Source of the DNA: Octopus sinensis
Lineage: Eukaryota
Length of the DNA: 64,000 nt
Direction of reading: 5' to 3'
NCBI RefSeq assembly: GCF_006345805.1
Contig: NC_042998.1
Location: 134,292,001-134,356,000, forward strand
Positions 27,184 to 40,487 of the stretch are shown one piece after another; position 1 is the stretch's first letter, and each line of letters opens with the position of its first letter. The notes beneath the pieces are model-generated. The model saw only the letters and a program-made list of their open reading frames with translations, did not search any database and had not been told where the DNA came from. Position numbers and translations under genes: made by a program.

Positions 27184-27561
27184 TTACTTCTGGAACTTGC
27201 ACTTGTAGCTGCAACTTTTTGTTGAGTTGCCAGTATTGTTCAGAAGTGATTGTGTAACATTCCAGTTGTGCCAATTGCTAATATAATGGCATACAGATTT
27301 TCATTTTTCATGTAATAATGACTATTATTCAATAACCGAGCTAGGTATAATTCTTGAGCTTTTTAGCACATTTCTAGTAGCATTATAATTGTTAGGTATT
27401 GGCTTTTTCAATTACCAGAACTCTATTGTTGTCTGTTTTATGAAAAAAAGAAAAAAACATGTTAAATTTGTTGTTGTATGAATAATCTGTATGCTAAAGT
27501 GCTACAGAGTCTTTGCATTTTGATTTTTCTCAAATGGAGGTGGGTGTAAGTACCATCATCA

Positions 27562-27567
27562 ATATTA

Positions 27568-27616
<49 letters not shown>

Positions 27617-27642
27617 TATTATTATTATTACTATTATTATTG
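27562..27642. repeat. (ATT)n microsatellite
   Basis: Direct reading. Confidence 0.95.
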
Positions 27643-29407
27643 GCATTATGGCTGAACAGTAAACTACCTGTCATAGTTTTGATTCTAAGTTGAGGTCATT
27701 ATATTTATGCTTTTATCGCTCTTTGAGAAAGACATACATATCACAATTTTCAGTTATAGTTTCTTTTACAAATTTTGTAATTTGTTCTCAGAAATTAGCT
27801 TCATGGTAAGAGTTCTTCACAATTTATAAAGAAAAGAAAAACTTGCTGGGAAAACTTGCAATCACAGATATACATATATGTATAGTGATGTTAGTGTGTG
27901 TGTGTATGTATGTATGTATGTATGTAAATACACACACATACATAAATATCAATATGAATGAGTGCTTAACACCGTATTGGTGGATAAAGATTCTTTGTTT
28001 GTGGATTAAGGCTACCATTGGTTTCATGTGTTCAGGAAGCCTTTAACAATTATCAAGCTTACCACATAGAATATTGATGTTTGTCTCCATTTTGGAGTGA
28101 AAGGGACGTATGTACATGGCCTAATGGCAAGAGTGTTTGACATGATCATAAGCTTGTGGGTTCAGTATCTATGTCAGATGGCATTTTGTGAACTTGCGAA
28201 AGAAGGCACTAGATTTCATGTTGCTATTGTTAACTCAGCTACAATGAGTACCAGCTGGGTACTGATGCATTCCTCTCTCCCTTCCGACCATAGACAAAGG
28301 TGAAGGGGTCAAAGGTGTTTATGTCTGATTGCAACTGTTGGCCAATGTCCTGTACTATAATTGCAGGTTGACTAATACCACATGAATGAAACTGATAGAA
28401 TTTAAAAGACCTAATAATATATGTGTGTGAGTGTATGTGGTTTCATGTTTTTGTGGCTGAGTTCATATTCCCCTCATTTCCACGTGTGCTCACTGCTTGT
28501 AAACAAATGCATCACTGTTCATACAGATGAGTTGTTTTGCTTGCAGCCCCCTATGAAAGCACCTCCAGGTTTCTTGCCATATTTTGATATGTTGTGTGGT
28601 CTTTGTAATCACAAGACTCATTTAAACAGTGCCTGTTGTTTCCAGATTTCCATGTACCTATGTCTGAACTATCTGTATGGAGACAGGCATTGGTTGGCAT
28701 CAGGAAAGGTATCAGGCTGGAGAAAACTCTGTCCCAAAGTAGTCTCATCTAACTTAAGCAAGCACATTAAAGTAGGTATCAAAACAGTGAGGATGATAAT
28801 GGTGTGTTTATGTTCATTTTTGAGTGTTTGTTTGAACATTTACACTCCATGTAAACTATGCATCTAATGGCTCTGCACTTTCAATGACCAGCAGAATGAA
28901 AAATTCCTTGCTTAAAAAATGTTAAGGATTGCTGGCAGAAGGAGGACTTGGTTGAAAAGTACTTCCTCAAAGAGTGTTTGTCCAACCCATGCTAGCATGG
29001 AAAAACAGATGTTAAGACAAAAATAGACACAATATATATTTACATTTCTTTTTTACATTTCTTTGTTATCTAAATATGCTTCATAATGCATTTTTTTTTA
29101 CTTTTCCTCTGTTGTAATTTTATTTTTGCTTTTTATGTTCGTTATATTTTATTTATTTTTTCTTCTATTTCGACCCTTATTGACTTTCTAAATTATGCGA
29201 GTGATTATGATGGAAATATATTTCACTTCAAATATGTTTCTTAAGAAAAGAGCATATGTTTTAATTGCATGTATGCAAATATCTGTTGTATGTATGTGTG
29301 TGCAGCTTGGGTAAGTGTCTTCTACTCTATCCCCAGGCTGCTAAAGCCTTATGAGTAGATGTGGTAGACAGAAATTGAAAGAAGTCTTTTGTTTGTTTGT
29401 ATGTATG

Positions 29408-29478
<71 letters not shown>

Positions 29479-29500
29479 ACATACATACATACCTACTTAC

Positions 29501-30140
29501 CAATAAGTATCCAGACTGTTGCCATAGTAATGAAGTTAAAGCATGCATAGTGAAGCCACTTGGCACAGATTGACCTTGAACTCTGCTATGCATTCGCACT
29601 AAGTTTTAAAGTTCCAGATCACTTCTGCTGTTTCCAGCAGTGCTTGGAAGGAAGGTGTGTAACATGTGATGGTCATACTGACCATGACAAAAGTTGAGCA
29701 GAGAGTGTGCATCAAATTTTGCCAAAAACTTGGTGATACTTGCTCAGAGACCTACACAATATTTAAAAAAATTTTTCATCATTCTCAACACAGTCAAGGA
29801 GCTCTTGCGGGACTGAAACCTGAATGTCTTTTTGGTCAGCTGAAAGCAGTTTTGGCACAAACTTGGCAGATACGCATCTCATACCCAAATTTTCAGTGAT
29901 ACTGAACTGAACCATAATTAATCTACACATCCTCTGATAACTCATGGATGGTGATTCAACGATTTCCTCTCACAGCTGCATACATTTCTGCAATGTTTTT
30001 CTCAGTTCTGCTGGTTGTGAACATTAATACTTAGTGCACATGCACAGCAGAGTCCAAGGTTAATCTGTCCCAAACGGCTTCACTCTGCATGTTTTAGCTT
30101 TGTTACTATGGCAACAGTCCAGATACTTATTGATCACACC

Positions 30141-30143
<3 letters not shown>
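29501..30143. mobile_element. Mariner-derived non-autonomous element with about 115-bp inverted ends and an internally inverted transposase segment
   Basis: Left caataagtatccagactgttgccatagt... is the inverse of right ...actatggcaacagtccagatacttattg. The + strand encodes MTKVEQRVCIKFCQKLG; the - strand encodes ENLGMRCVSAKFVPKLLSADQK. Confidence 0.8.
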
Positions 30144-30181
<38 letters not shown>

Positions 30182-30420
30182 GTAATCCCTTACCAATTGC
30201 GGTTTATTATTTAAGCTTACACTGATTCCTCTGTGGTCTTGTTTGGTATTTATAATAAAATAAATATAGACAAATTATAAAAATAATAAAAATATACAGT
30301 ACAATACTGTTTCTGCTTTGTGGATTTTCACCTATTGTGGGGTGTTTTGGAACATAACACCTGCAATAGTTGGGGGATTACTGTATACATATACACACTC
30401 ACACACATACACACACACAC

Positions 30421-31760
30421 ACCATCATCATTTTACTTCAATGTCCACTTTCCATGCTGGCATGGGTTGAGCGGTTTGATTGAAAACTGGTGGGGCTACA
30501 CCAGATTCCAATCTGATATGGCAAGTGTAGTGGGTGCTTCTTTCATGCCTCTGGCACGGGTGCCATTGACCTGCCACTGGTCAACACAAGGTCAATACAG
30601 GTCAACAAAAGCATGGTATATCACCAAGGGTTTTGGTCACCTGTCACTGCCTCCATGAGGTTCACTGCTTGAATGGTGCTTTTTATGTGCCACCAGAATG
30701 GCATATCTCCAAAGGTCTTGGTTGCTTGTCATTGCCTCTGTGAGGCCCAACATTTGAAGATCATACTTCACCACCTCGTCCCATATCGTTCTGGGTTTAC
30801 CTCTTCCACAAGTTCTTGCCATTGTTAGAGTGCGGCACTTCTTCACACAGCTGTTTTCATCCATACATATCACATGACCATATCAGCGCAGTCATCTCTC
30901 TTGCACACCACATCTGATGCTTTTTAAGTCCAACATTTTTCCCAGGATGCTTACACACTGTCGTGCATGTACACTGACATTACACAGCCAGTGAAGTATG
31001 CTAGCTTCATTTCTTACAAGCCCACACATGTCCTCAGCAGTCACAGCCCATGTTTCACTGCCGTGTAGCATGGCTGTTCACATACAGGCATCACACAGTC
31101 TGCCTTTCACTCTGAGCAAGAGGCCCTTTGTTACCAACAGAGGTAGGAGCTCTCTGAACTTTGCCCAGCCTATTCTTATTGTAGCAGCTATGCTCTCAGA
31201 GCATCCACCCCTACTACTGACTTGGTTACCTCAGTGATAGAAGCTATCAACTACTTCTAGTTTTTCCCACTTACTAAGATTTTTGGGTTTTTTTAACTCT
31301 AAGGCCCTTTGATTCTAGACATTGCTTCCACACCTGAAACTTCTCTAGTTCTGGCAGTGATTCATCTATATGAGCAAGGTCATCAGCATAGAGGACCTCT
31401 CAAGAACAGCTTGTCTTGAATTCCTCTGTTATTGCCTGGAGGCTTGTACAGCTTTCATTAACCACTCATCTACTAGTTTCTGCATTGACCACCAGATAAG
31501 GGATAAGGGTATGACTCCTTCATGTATCACCTTGTTGACTATACAGGTGACTAGACCATAGCCTACACCACCAGGTATTTTAAGCATCTCACTGGTGATT
31601 ACTGATGGGCCAGGGGCTTTCCCTGTCTTCATAGCCTTAATTGCTTTATCTACCAAGGTACTGTCAATTTGGATAGCTGGTCCCTCATATATATATTTGT
31701 GGATGATTGCACTTGTAATTAAAAGGTCAAGCTTTGGCACACTGATTGTTCCTGGGGATT
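30421..31760 (-). mobile_element. RTE-clade LINE fragment, internally deleted, with 3' UTR and (GAT)n-like tail
   Basis: Minus-strand peptides VDKAIKAMKTGKAPGPSVITSEMLK and AMLHGSETWAV...LRWYGHVICMDENSCVKKCR...GRGKPRTIWDEVVKYDL; most of the RT core is missing. Confidence 0.85.
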
Positions 31761-33024
31761 ATGTTAAGGTTACATATGTCCATTGAGTACTTTACAAGTA
31801 TTTAAAATTGAGAACTTGGAAAGTATTCTTAATTCTGCATTTCTCAATGTCAGATGTCTTCATTTGTAGACCTCCCAGTGAGAAACTTGGAGTAGTAAGC
31901 TAGATGAGAGCTTGGAATTACACACACACATACACACATTCATATATAAGTAAAATATTTATAAAATAGTAATGGCTTTCTTTCTGTTTCAGAAATGTTC
32001 TGTTCAATTATCTTGACTTTTTTCTCATTGAATTGTCATGTCTATTTCAATAAAGGTAGTTCAGCTGCTCCAATAACAGAACATTCTTGAAACTGACAGA
32101 GATCCATTTCTATTCTATAGATATTTCACACACACACACACACGTGTTGGTGTGTGTGTGTGCATATGACAACATATACATATGTATGTGTGTGTGTGTG
32201 TGTATATATATGTATGTACGTATGCATACACATTTGTATACTCACACACACGTGTGTGTGTTTGTATAATATTCCAAGTTTCTCTCTGCGAGTAAGTCTG
32301 CAAGTAAAGACATCGAATAAAAAAAATTCAGTATTACTTTCAAGTTCTGTATTTCAGATATATTTTCACTTTGTTAACTTGGTATTTAGTATGTTTGTAT
32401 TTCTGCAACTTATTTCAATAGGATATTAGTGCCTGCATGCATGTGCATATATGTGCATTCGAAGTAGATGAGTTGTATGTATGTGTGTGTGTGTGTGTGT
32501 GGTTAAGAAGTTTGCTTTGATGCCACATGGTTTAAGGTTGTCTGATTGTGTTGTACCTTGAGTAAATGCCCACTACTGTTATCTCTGGCTCACCTTTTCC
32601 CTGTGAGTTGAATTGGTAGATGAAAACTAGTTGGCTGTTCATTAATACACATACACACTCATGCGTATGGGGGTGCCTATTCATTTGCATGCATGCATGT
32701 TGGTGTGTGAGTGTGGGTTTGTGTCATGTTGTCATTCCTGGTCCTTTACATGTGATTGCCTGAGCAAAAAAAATGTTGCCATATTTACATTCCTGGTGAC
32801 CATTATGTCCATAACTATGTACTCTTAAGGTAGAGGAATAAAAAAAAAAGTCCCTTATTTGTTAAACAGATAAGAGTTGGTGATAGGGAGAGCATCCAAC
32901 TATGACATACTGCTTCAAATAAATACCCATGCCATCTATACCAGCATAGAAAACCCAACATAAGACAAATGAACAGGCAATTGAATGATTGCTTATATAT
33001 GAGTGTACACAAACTCAGTCACAC

Positions 33025-33070
<46 letters not shown>

Positions 33071-33836
33071 TTTGTATGTGTGCAACTGTGTGTGTATTCA
33101 GGGGTATATAGATGTATTTTTTCGTGGGTACATACATGATCATTTAAGTTTAAAGATATGGAAATAAATATGGCATATTTAGCTAGTGGAACTAAGATGA
33201 ATACCTGTAGTTAAGTATATGCACACACACACACACATATAGCTGCATATACAAGTGCACAAACTTATTTTTAGGTGAAATAGTAAAATTCATCGATGCA
33301 TCACACCACCTATGTTTGACATCCCCTGTCACAATTGGTATTTTTTCTCTCCCTCCTTGCAGAAAAACTGTCATGCACAAAATGAACCCACACTCATGCA
33401 CTCTGTCTCTCTCTCTCTTTTACAATTCATTCTTTCCCTTCCTTTCTTTTGCAATCTACCTCTGTACATCTGTCTTTCTTTATATTTCTATCCCCACCTC
33501 TCCCTCTCTCTCCATGAATGAACAAATGCATATTGCTTGCTCAAATGACCCTTTCACCTACCTGCATTTTTATATCTGCCATTATTGTTTGATGTTGTTG
33601 CTCTTGTTTTTTTTCTTTCATATTTTGTTGTTATTAATTTTATTTTTGAATGTTTGTTTATCTGTTATTTCTACTCTTTTTATTTTTGTGTATTTTTATT
33701 TAATTGTTTATGTATTTTTATTAAATTTCTAATGTTTATTTATGTTCCTCCATATCATTCATATTTTTTCTATTTTCTGAACTAATTTGTTGAATGTGGA
33801 TACTATTGTCTATGTAATATTAAATATATCTGTGTA

Positions 33837-33890
<54 letters not shown>

Positions 33891-34053
33891 TACATTCACA
33901 CATATATATGCACACACATACCACCCCATGTGTGGGTGTGGGGGTGTTTCTTTCAAGCCCAAATGTATCTTTTATGTGTTTGACACATTTTTGCTGTTAT
34001 TTATGTAAATAATTTTCTGATTTTGAAATCATTTTAGGAAATAAATTGATTGG

Positions 34054-34058
<5 letters not shown>

Positions 34059-34095
<37 letters not shown>

Positions 34096-34795
34096 GGCAG
34101 CAAACTGGCAGAATCATTAGCATGCTGGGAAAAATGCTTAGTGGCATTTTGTCTGACCTTATGTTCTGAGTTCAAATTCCATCAAGATTGACTTAGCCTT
34201 TATCCTTTCGGGGTCGATGGCAAAAGTATCAGTCAAGCACTGAGGTCGATGTAATCAGCTATCACCTCAAACTCCAGGCTTTGTGCCTATTGTACAAAGG
34301 TTGCTTCTTCTTCTTCTTATTATTATTATTATGGCATAAGGTGGCAAACAGGCAGAATCGTTAGCATGCCAGGCAAAATGCTTAATGATATTTTGCCCAT
34401 CGCTATGTTCTGCGTTCAAATTCCACCAAGGTCAACTTTGCCTTTCATCGTTTCAGTGTCGATAAATCAAGTACCAATTATACACTGGAGTCAATGTAAT
34501 CGACTTACCCCATTCCCACTGAAAATTTCAGGTCTCATTCCTATAGTAGGAAGAGTTATTATTATTATTATTATGGCAGAACGGTTGCCTTTGCTGGACA
34601 AAATGTTTAGCAGCATTTCATTCATCTTTACATTCTGAGTTCAAATTCCACCAAAAGTTCACTTTGCTTTTCATCCTTCTGAGGTCAATAAAACAAATAC
34701 CAGTTGAACACTGGGGTTAATGTATTCATCTAACCTCCTTCTCCAAACTGTCAGACCTGCCTATAGAATAAAGGATCATTATTATTATTACTATT
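34059..34795 (+). mobile_element. Three head-to-tail tRNA-derived SINE copies separated by (ATT)n/(CTT)n
   Basis: Repeated A-box-like tggcagaatcgttagc, B-box-like gagttcaaattcc and body gcctttcatcctttcggggtcgat...agtaccag starting near 34094, 34336 and 34572. Confidence 0.8.
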
Positions 34796-35751
34796 GCTAG
34801 TCACACCCTGTGGAAATTTCATGGTTATCTTGAAAATTGTAAGATGGAATTGTATATTTTTCTGAACCATTAGAACCTTGAGATGTTGTAAAAGTCCATA
34901 TGAATAGTATTAAAGGTGCAACCTCCAGAAACAGCATCTCTGAAAATTATCATATTCATACAGCTTCTACTTAGTGAGTTGTCTGTTATTTTTCACTTTA
35001 TGTTAAGAAGTAAACAACATTAACTATGGAACAAAATCGAAAATATTGTCTTTAATATTATTCTGCTTATTTCTAATTAGCTTTTTGTGTTTATTATACA
35101 ATTTAGCAGGATTATTATTATCATTTTTGTTGTTATGATTGTTAATAATCATGAAAACTTTGACATATGACCTTAAATTTACAGAGGAGGGAATTTTGAT
35201 AATGAGATTATCTCTAGTATATTGATAGAACATATTTTATCAGCCTTAGAAGAAAGAGAAACAAAATCAACCTAAGTTATGAACTCATAGTGCACAATGG
35301 TGAAGATATCACATAGTATTTAGTTCATGGTTCTCATGTTTCTGCTACTCCATCAGTGTAATGGTAACAAACAATAATCATGATAATAATAACTAGTGTT
35401 CCTAATTTAGGTACAAGTTAAAAAAAAAACGTGTGTGTGTGTGTTGTGATAAGCTTCTACTCAGCTTTGATCTATCAAATTCAATCACAAGGCTTTGGTT
35501 AGCTTATGGTCATAATAGAAAAACTGACCAGGTGTCAAGCAGTGAGACTAAACCCAAAGTTATATGCATATGAAGTGAATTTCTTTATCACGAGGCTATG
35601 TTTGTATACATGCATGTATAAATACTCACACACACACACACACGCGTGCATGTATAAATAAAGAATACATTTGACAAGTTCAAGAAACAAACAAAAGCAC
35701 TAATGAATAAATAATAAGATTTTTTCCCAAAATTATGGTGACCTTTTTTCT

Positions 35752-35793
<42 letters not shown>

Positions 35794-35901
35794 TATATAT
35801 AAAACATAATAGGATAATATCATTAAAATTAATGAATTTTATCAGTGGCATGCATATATAAAAAAAAAAACCTTTTAGGTAAAATACATACGGAGTTATA
35901 T

Positions 35902-36154
35902 ATAATTGTATAAGGTACAATTATACTTAAGAGCACAAAAGCTATCATGCCTATATGCTGAAACAAGACATCAAATAAGTCCTACCACTTTAAATATTCA
36001 CTCCACGTATATTTTTTACACAGGTTTTTACACAACCTGTGTGAAATATATGTGGAGTGAATATTTGAAGTGGTAAGACATTTGAAGACTTGTTTCAGCA
36101 TATAGGCATGATAGCTTTTGTGCCCTTAAGTATAATTGTACCCTATACAATTAT
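35902..36154. repeat. Fold-back inverted repeat (about 123-bp arms, 7-nt loop)
   Basis: 35902-36026 versus 36034-36154, roughly 90% complementary by eye. Confidence 0.9.
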
Positions 36155-36186
36155 CTCTCTCTCCATATATATATATATATATATAA

Positions 36187-37011
36187 ATGTGTAACAGTAG
36201 AGATACAGGTATGTCAATCCATTACAGCCATTTCTAACAACTCCTTTAATTGATTAATGAAAATATTACATCATTGGAAAGAAACTGTTTTCACAGATGA
36301 ATTCATGAACTTCAAAATAAAGGACATTCAGAATGGTTTAATATAGTTTAAAATTCATGGAGCAAAAACATTTACAGTGATTCTGCTACTATTTCAGTTG
36401 GCAGAATGGATTTACCAGAATAGTGTATATTTGATTAGAACAGAGAAATTTAGAAGTAAGTACAGTTTTTAGGAGCGGAGAAGGAATAATTGACTCCAGT
36501 GACCCAATTATCTATACTTCTAATAAGAGAGGAGGGCACAGCTCCAATAGTCCAGTTACCTTGATAATTTAGTAGGTTGACCTGACCACAAATCATTTTC
36601 TTAGCAATGACCAGTAGACATTAAACAACACCTCAATAGATAAATCTGGACTATTGGAGCTGTGCCCTCCTCTCTTGTTAGAAGTATAGATAATTGGGTC
36701 ACTGGAGTCAATTATTTCTTCCCACTCCTAAAAACTCTACTAACCACTAATTTTCTCTGTTCTGATCAAATCTACACTATTCTGATAAATCCATTCTGCC
36801 AACTGAAATAGTAACAGAATCGCTGTAAATGATTTTACTCCATGGATTTTAAACTCTGTTAAATCATTCTGAATGTCCTTTATTTTGAAGTTCATGAATT
36901 CATCTGTGAAAACAGTTTCTTTTCAATGATGTAATATCTTCATTAATCAATTAAGGGAGTTGTTAGAAATGGCCGTAATGGATTGACACCTGCACCTCTA
37001 CTGTTACACAT
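36187..37011. repeat. Large fold-back inverted repeat (about 368-bp arms, 90-bp spacer)
   Basis: 36187-36555 is the reverse complement of 36646-37011 at roughly 90% identity, mostly transitions. Confidence 0.92.
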
Positions 37012-37262
37012 ATTTTATGCACCTGTCTCGAATCTGTCCTTCGTAGATATTATGGACAGTGTATTTAATATAATGTCTGAATAGCTCAAGAGCAGATTTC
37101 TTCACCCAGCTAGGTCTAATTGTCTACATATACTGCATGAATATCATTCGGCCAGTACTTATGTACCAAGTTTGATACTTACTTAATATTGTTACATGTT
37201 TATATATTATTCCGACCTAATGAGATGCCTCAATTTCAGTACCTAATTCAACTGAATCTTAC

Positions 37263-37626
37263 TTGTGTGTATATATATACATTCATATATGAATATATGC
37301 GTGTGTGTATATATACATGTATGTATGTATATGTGTGTATATACATACATGTATGTATATGTGTGTGTATATATATAATACATGTAGGTGTGTATATATA
37401 TATGTATATATGTGTGTATATACATACATGCATGTATAATATATAAGGCAAATAAGAAAATGGGGAGGATAAACAATCAACAAACATCAGCTTGTAAATA
37501 TTCAATTATATCTATTTATTAATTGATTACAATCATATGTGTAAGTGATCCAAATAAATGGATGAAATAGGCAAATAAATAAGTAAATAAATATATAATT
37601 AAAATTAATGAATAAAAATAAGTGAC

Positions 37627-37679
<53 letters not shown>

Positions 37680-37720
37680 ATGTATAAATATGTATAATAT
37701 ATATGTTGCATACATACATG

Positions 37721-37783
<63 letters not shown>

Positions 37784-37795
37784 TACATACATACA
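37263..37795. repeat. Compound (TA)n/(TG)n/(TACA)n microsatellite region
   Basis: Direct reading; source of several spurious YIYI ORFs. Confidence 0.9.
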
Positions 37796-38657
37796 TACAA
37801 GGTGCAATGGGTAAATTGTCACCATTTTATATTCTTAATTTTACGTACGCACATTGTTCTTGATTTCGTCAACTACACAGTATAGTAGGGTCAGTTGATC
37901 TCCATCTGTGAGAAAAACAGCACCATGATACAATTCACTCTGCCAGAAATCTGGAAATGACAAGCTTTACTGCTTGGCATTCATGCTGGCAGCTCCAATA
38001 CAAACATTTTGGAGTATTTGGGTGTCAATCTGAGGACATGTACCAAAAGTAATAAAAATAAAACATCCAGTCAGCATCATGACGTTTGGAGTGATCACTA
38101 GAGATGGTGACATTATGCCTCTATTCATCTTCCCACACGGCCTCAAACTCAACACAGAGGCCTGCATCAAGTGCCTGGAGGAGGTAGTGCTGCCCTGGGT
38201 CTAGAGGATGGCTGCTAGAAGATCCTATGTTTGGCAACAGGACTCTGCACCATACCACACAAGTAGAAGACTCCAGTCATGGCTGTCAGACAATTTCTGC
38301 AACCACATCACCCGTAACATCTGGCTACCTAACTCTCCAGACTGCAACCCCCTTGATTATGTGTGGGCAGCAGTTGAGCAAGAGACCAACAAAACTCCAT
38401 GTAACATCAAAGATGAACTGAAGGCAAGCATTATTCACCAACCTAAGACAAGGAGACCATCCAGAAGAGTTGCAGGAGATTCCAAAATCGACTGGTGGCC
38501 GTGGTTGAAGCCAATAGCGATTTTAAAAAAATAAATTTACTCTTTAGTATTTCAAGATATTTTCCTGTAATTTTGGTAAATATATATGTTAAAATGAGAT
38601 GTCAGTGTTATTTTCATTTTCATGTAATTCAGACGGCAGTTTATTCACTTCACCCTG
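37796..38657 (+). mobile_element. Internally deleted maT/mori-type (DD37D) Tc1-mariner element
   Basis: Imperfect TIRs caaggtgcaatgggtaaattgtcacc / gacggcagtttattcacttcaccctg with TA at the left. The ORF has QQ-D-SAPYH...WLPNSPDCNPL-D-Y with 37 residues between the two aspartates. Confidence 0.85.
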
Positions 38658-40427
38658 TGTGTGTGTGCATATATATATATCTCAAAGTATACTGTATTAT
38701 AGAGGTATTACAGGTGATTTTAACAATTGGTTTCATACTAGATATTAGGTAATTGGGTTTTATCTAATATATACGCTCTTCAGGAACAGCAAATATGGAA
38801 AAGATAAGTAACTGCTCTCAGTTATTGGAGGTAATCATAATTTTTTTAATATAATTCTTTTCTCATCTAGACATAATCTGCATTTTCTAAAACTATTAAA
38901 ATAACGCTTGCACTTCTCCACGATTTTCTGCTTGATGTTGTAATCCGTGACACTTGACTTCAATGACCATGAATTACAACATCAAAAGGAAAACCTTGGA
39001 TAAATGCAAGCTTCATTTTGATAGTAGTGGGAAATACGGGTTATGTCTAACCAAGAAAAGAATTATATTAAAAAATCTCATCACCCAGACATTTACCTAT
39101 ATTGCAAAAATGAGATTTTAGGCCCATACCTACATGAGAGAAGATACATGTTGGCTTACTAGAGGTTCCACCATAATTATAAATGCCAAAATCTCCTTCA
39201 TCTCCCCACCACCATCACATTCTGAGAACCAAGTTTTGGCCAAACCATTCTTACATAGATATGCCCCAAATATGAGGTTGAATGTTTGGGCACTTGCCCA
39301 GTTTCCTGTTCCAAAGTACCCCTACACATATCCACCAACCCCTTCATCCCTGCACATACATTTACCCACCAAATCCTGTTGCATTACAGTTAACCCAGTG
39401 GGGTTTGTGGGAGAAAGGGACATAACTCTTGATAAATCCCTTAATTGTCACATGCAACTTTGTTTCATCTTTCTGTCAGCACTTTCAAACTAGATGTCAC
39501 ATTTTCTCACTTTCAATAAAGGGGGCATTTACCATATCTTTATCCATACCTGCCGTCCTTGAAGAGCATCTTTATTAAATAACAGCTAAGTTACCTAATA
39601 TCTGGCATGAAACCAATTGGTAAAATTGGGTGTAATGGCTCTATAATACTGCATACTTTATTTTGTATACCAATTCTATTGACAAACATATAAGTGCCTA
39701 TTCTTCTGACTTAGGGATTCTTAGGCAACTGTATGTGTGTGTGTATATATATACATACATACATATATATATACGTGTGTGTGTGATGGGCTGATATCTT
39801 TTGAAATTTTTTGAATTTCTTGAATTTTTTAAAAGTATTAATTCATTTTTCTTCTCATCTACCTTAACAGTATCACAGTGTTTTTGTTTATCTTTATTCT
39901 ATTTTGTAAATTATTTTGTCTTTTTCTATCACATGAATTTTTTTTTGCTTGTGTTTCCTTTAAATTTTAAAGTTAAGGCTCAATTTCATTTACATTATTG
40001 AACATTATTATCATTTTGTTGTTTTGTTTTTCATTGAAATTTTGTTCTTTTAAAAGTAGATCTTGGTAAGTACTATTAGACATAGAAAGTTTCTATTACA
40101 CTAGATATTACATATTATTCACAACTGGTTTCTGTCTTTTAGCTCTCGCTTAGAGTTGATCCAACAATTATTTGAGACTTATTATCAATGGTGCTCTTGC
40201 TGTATCCATCTATTAACTTTCTCAGTATATTTTCATCAGCATTATCCAGTGTGTTCATCCATTTTTGTGGTGGTAGTGTGTGATTTAAGGGATATTTAAG
40301 CACGTCAGGCAATTAGTGTAGCGGTTTCATTTTTGACTTGTTATTTGTTTATCAATTAGGTAACAGTTAGACATTCATATTATTGCATTTCTTGCATAAT
40401 TTTGCATTATGATAGTTTTAAAATGTT

Positions 40428-40487
<60 letters not shown>

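Noticed and set aside
29202-29244. Possible alternative phase-2 exon (S)DYDGNIFHFKYVS* after a pyrimidine tract
   Set aside because: The acceptor would be GAG rather than YAG, it hits a stop quickly, and no donor or homology supports it.
35940-35975. GAAACAAG(T/A)C motif in the 35.9-kb fold-back
   Set aside because: No CUGANGA core, stem III is not palindromic, and there is no stem I pairing.
36620-36665. Minus-strand peptide NSPDLSIE resembling the Tc1 SPDLNPIE motif
   Set aside because: No QQDNA-type motif at the expected spacing and no TIRs of that type.
37077-37100. CTGAATA-GCTC-AA-GAGC-AGAT, a hammerhead-like stem II beside the large fold-back
   Set aside because: Both catalytic strands are mutated and there is no convincing stem I or III.
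39397-39440. Possible decayed CCHC zinc knuckle (SGVCGRKGHNS)
   Set aside because: Two of four ligands are missing and there are stops on both sides; the element cannot be assigned.
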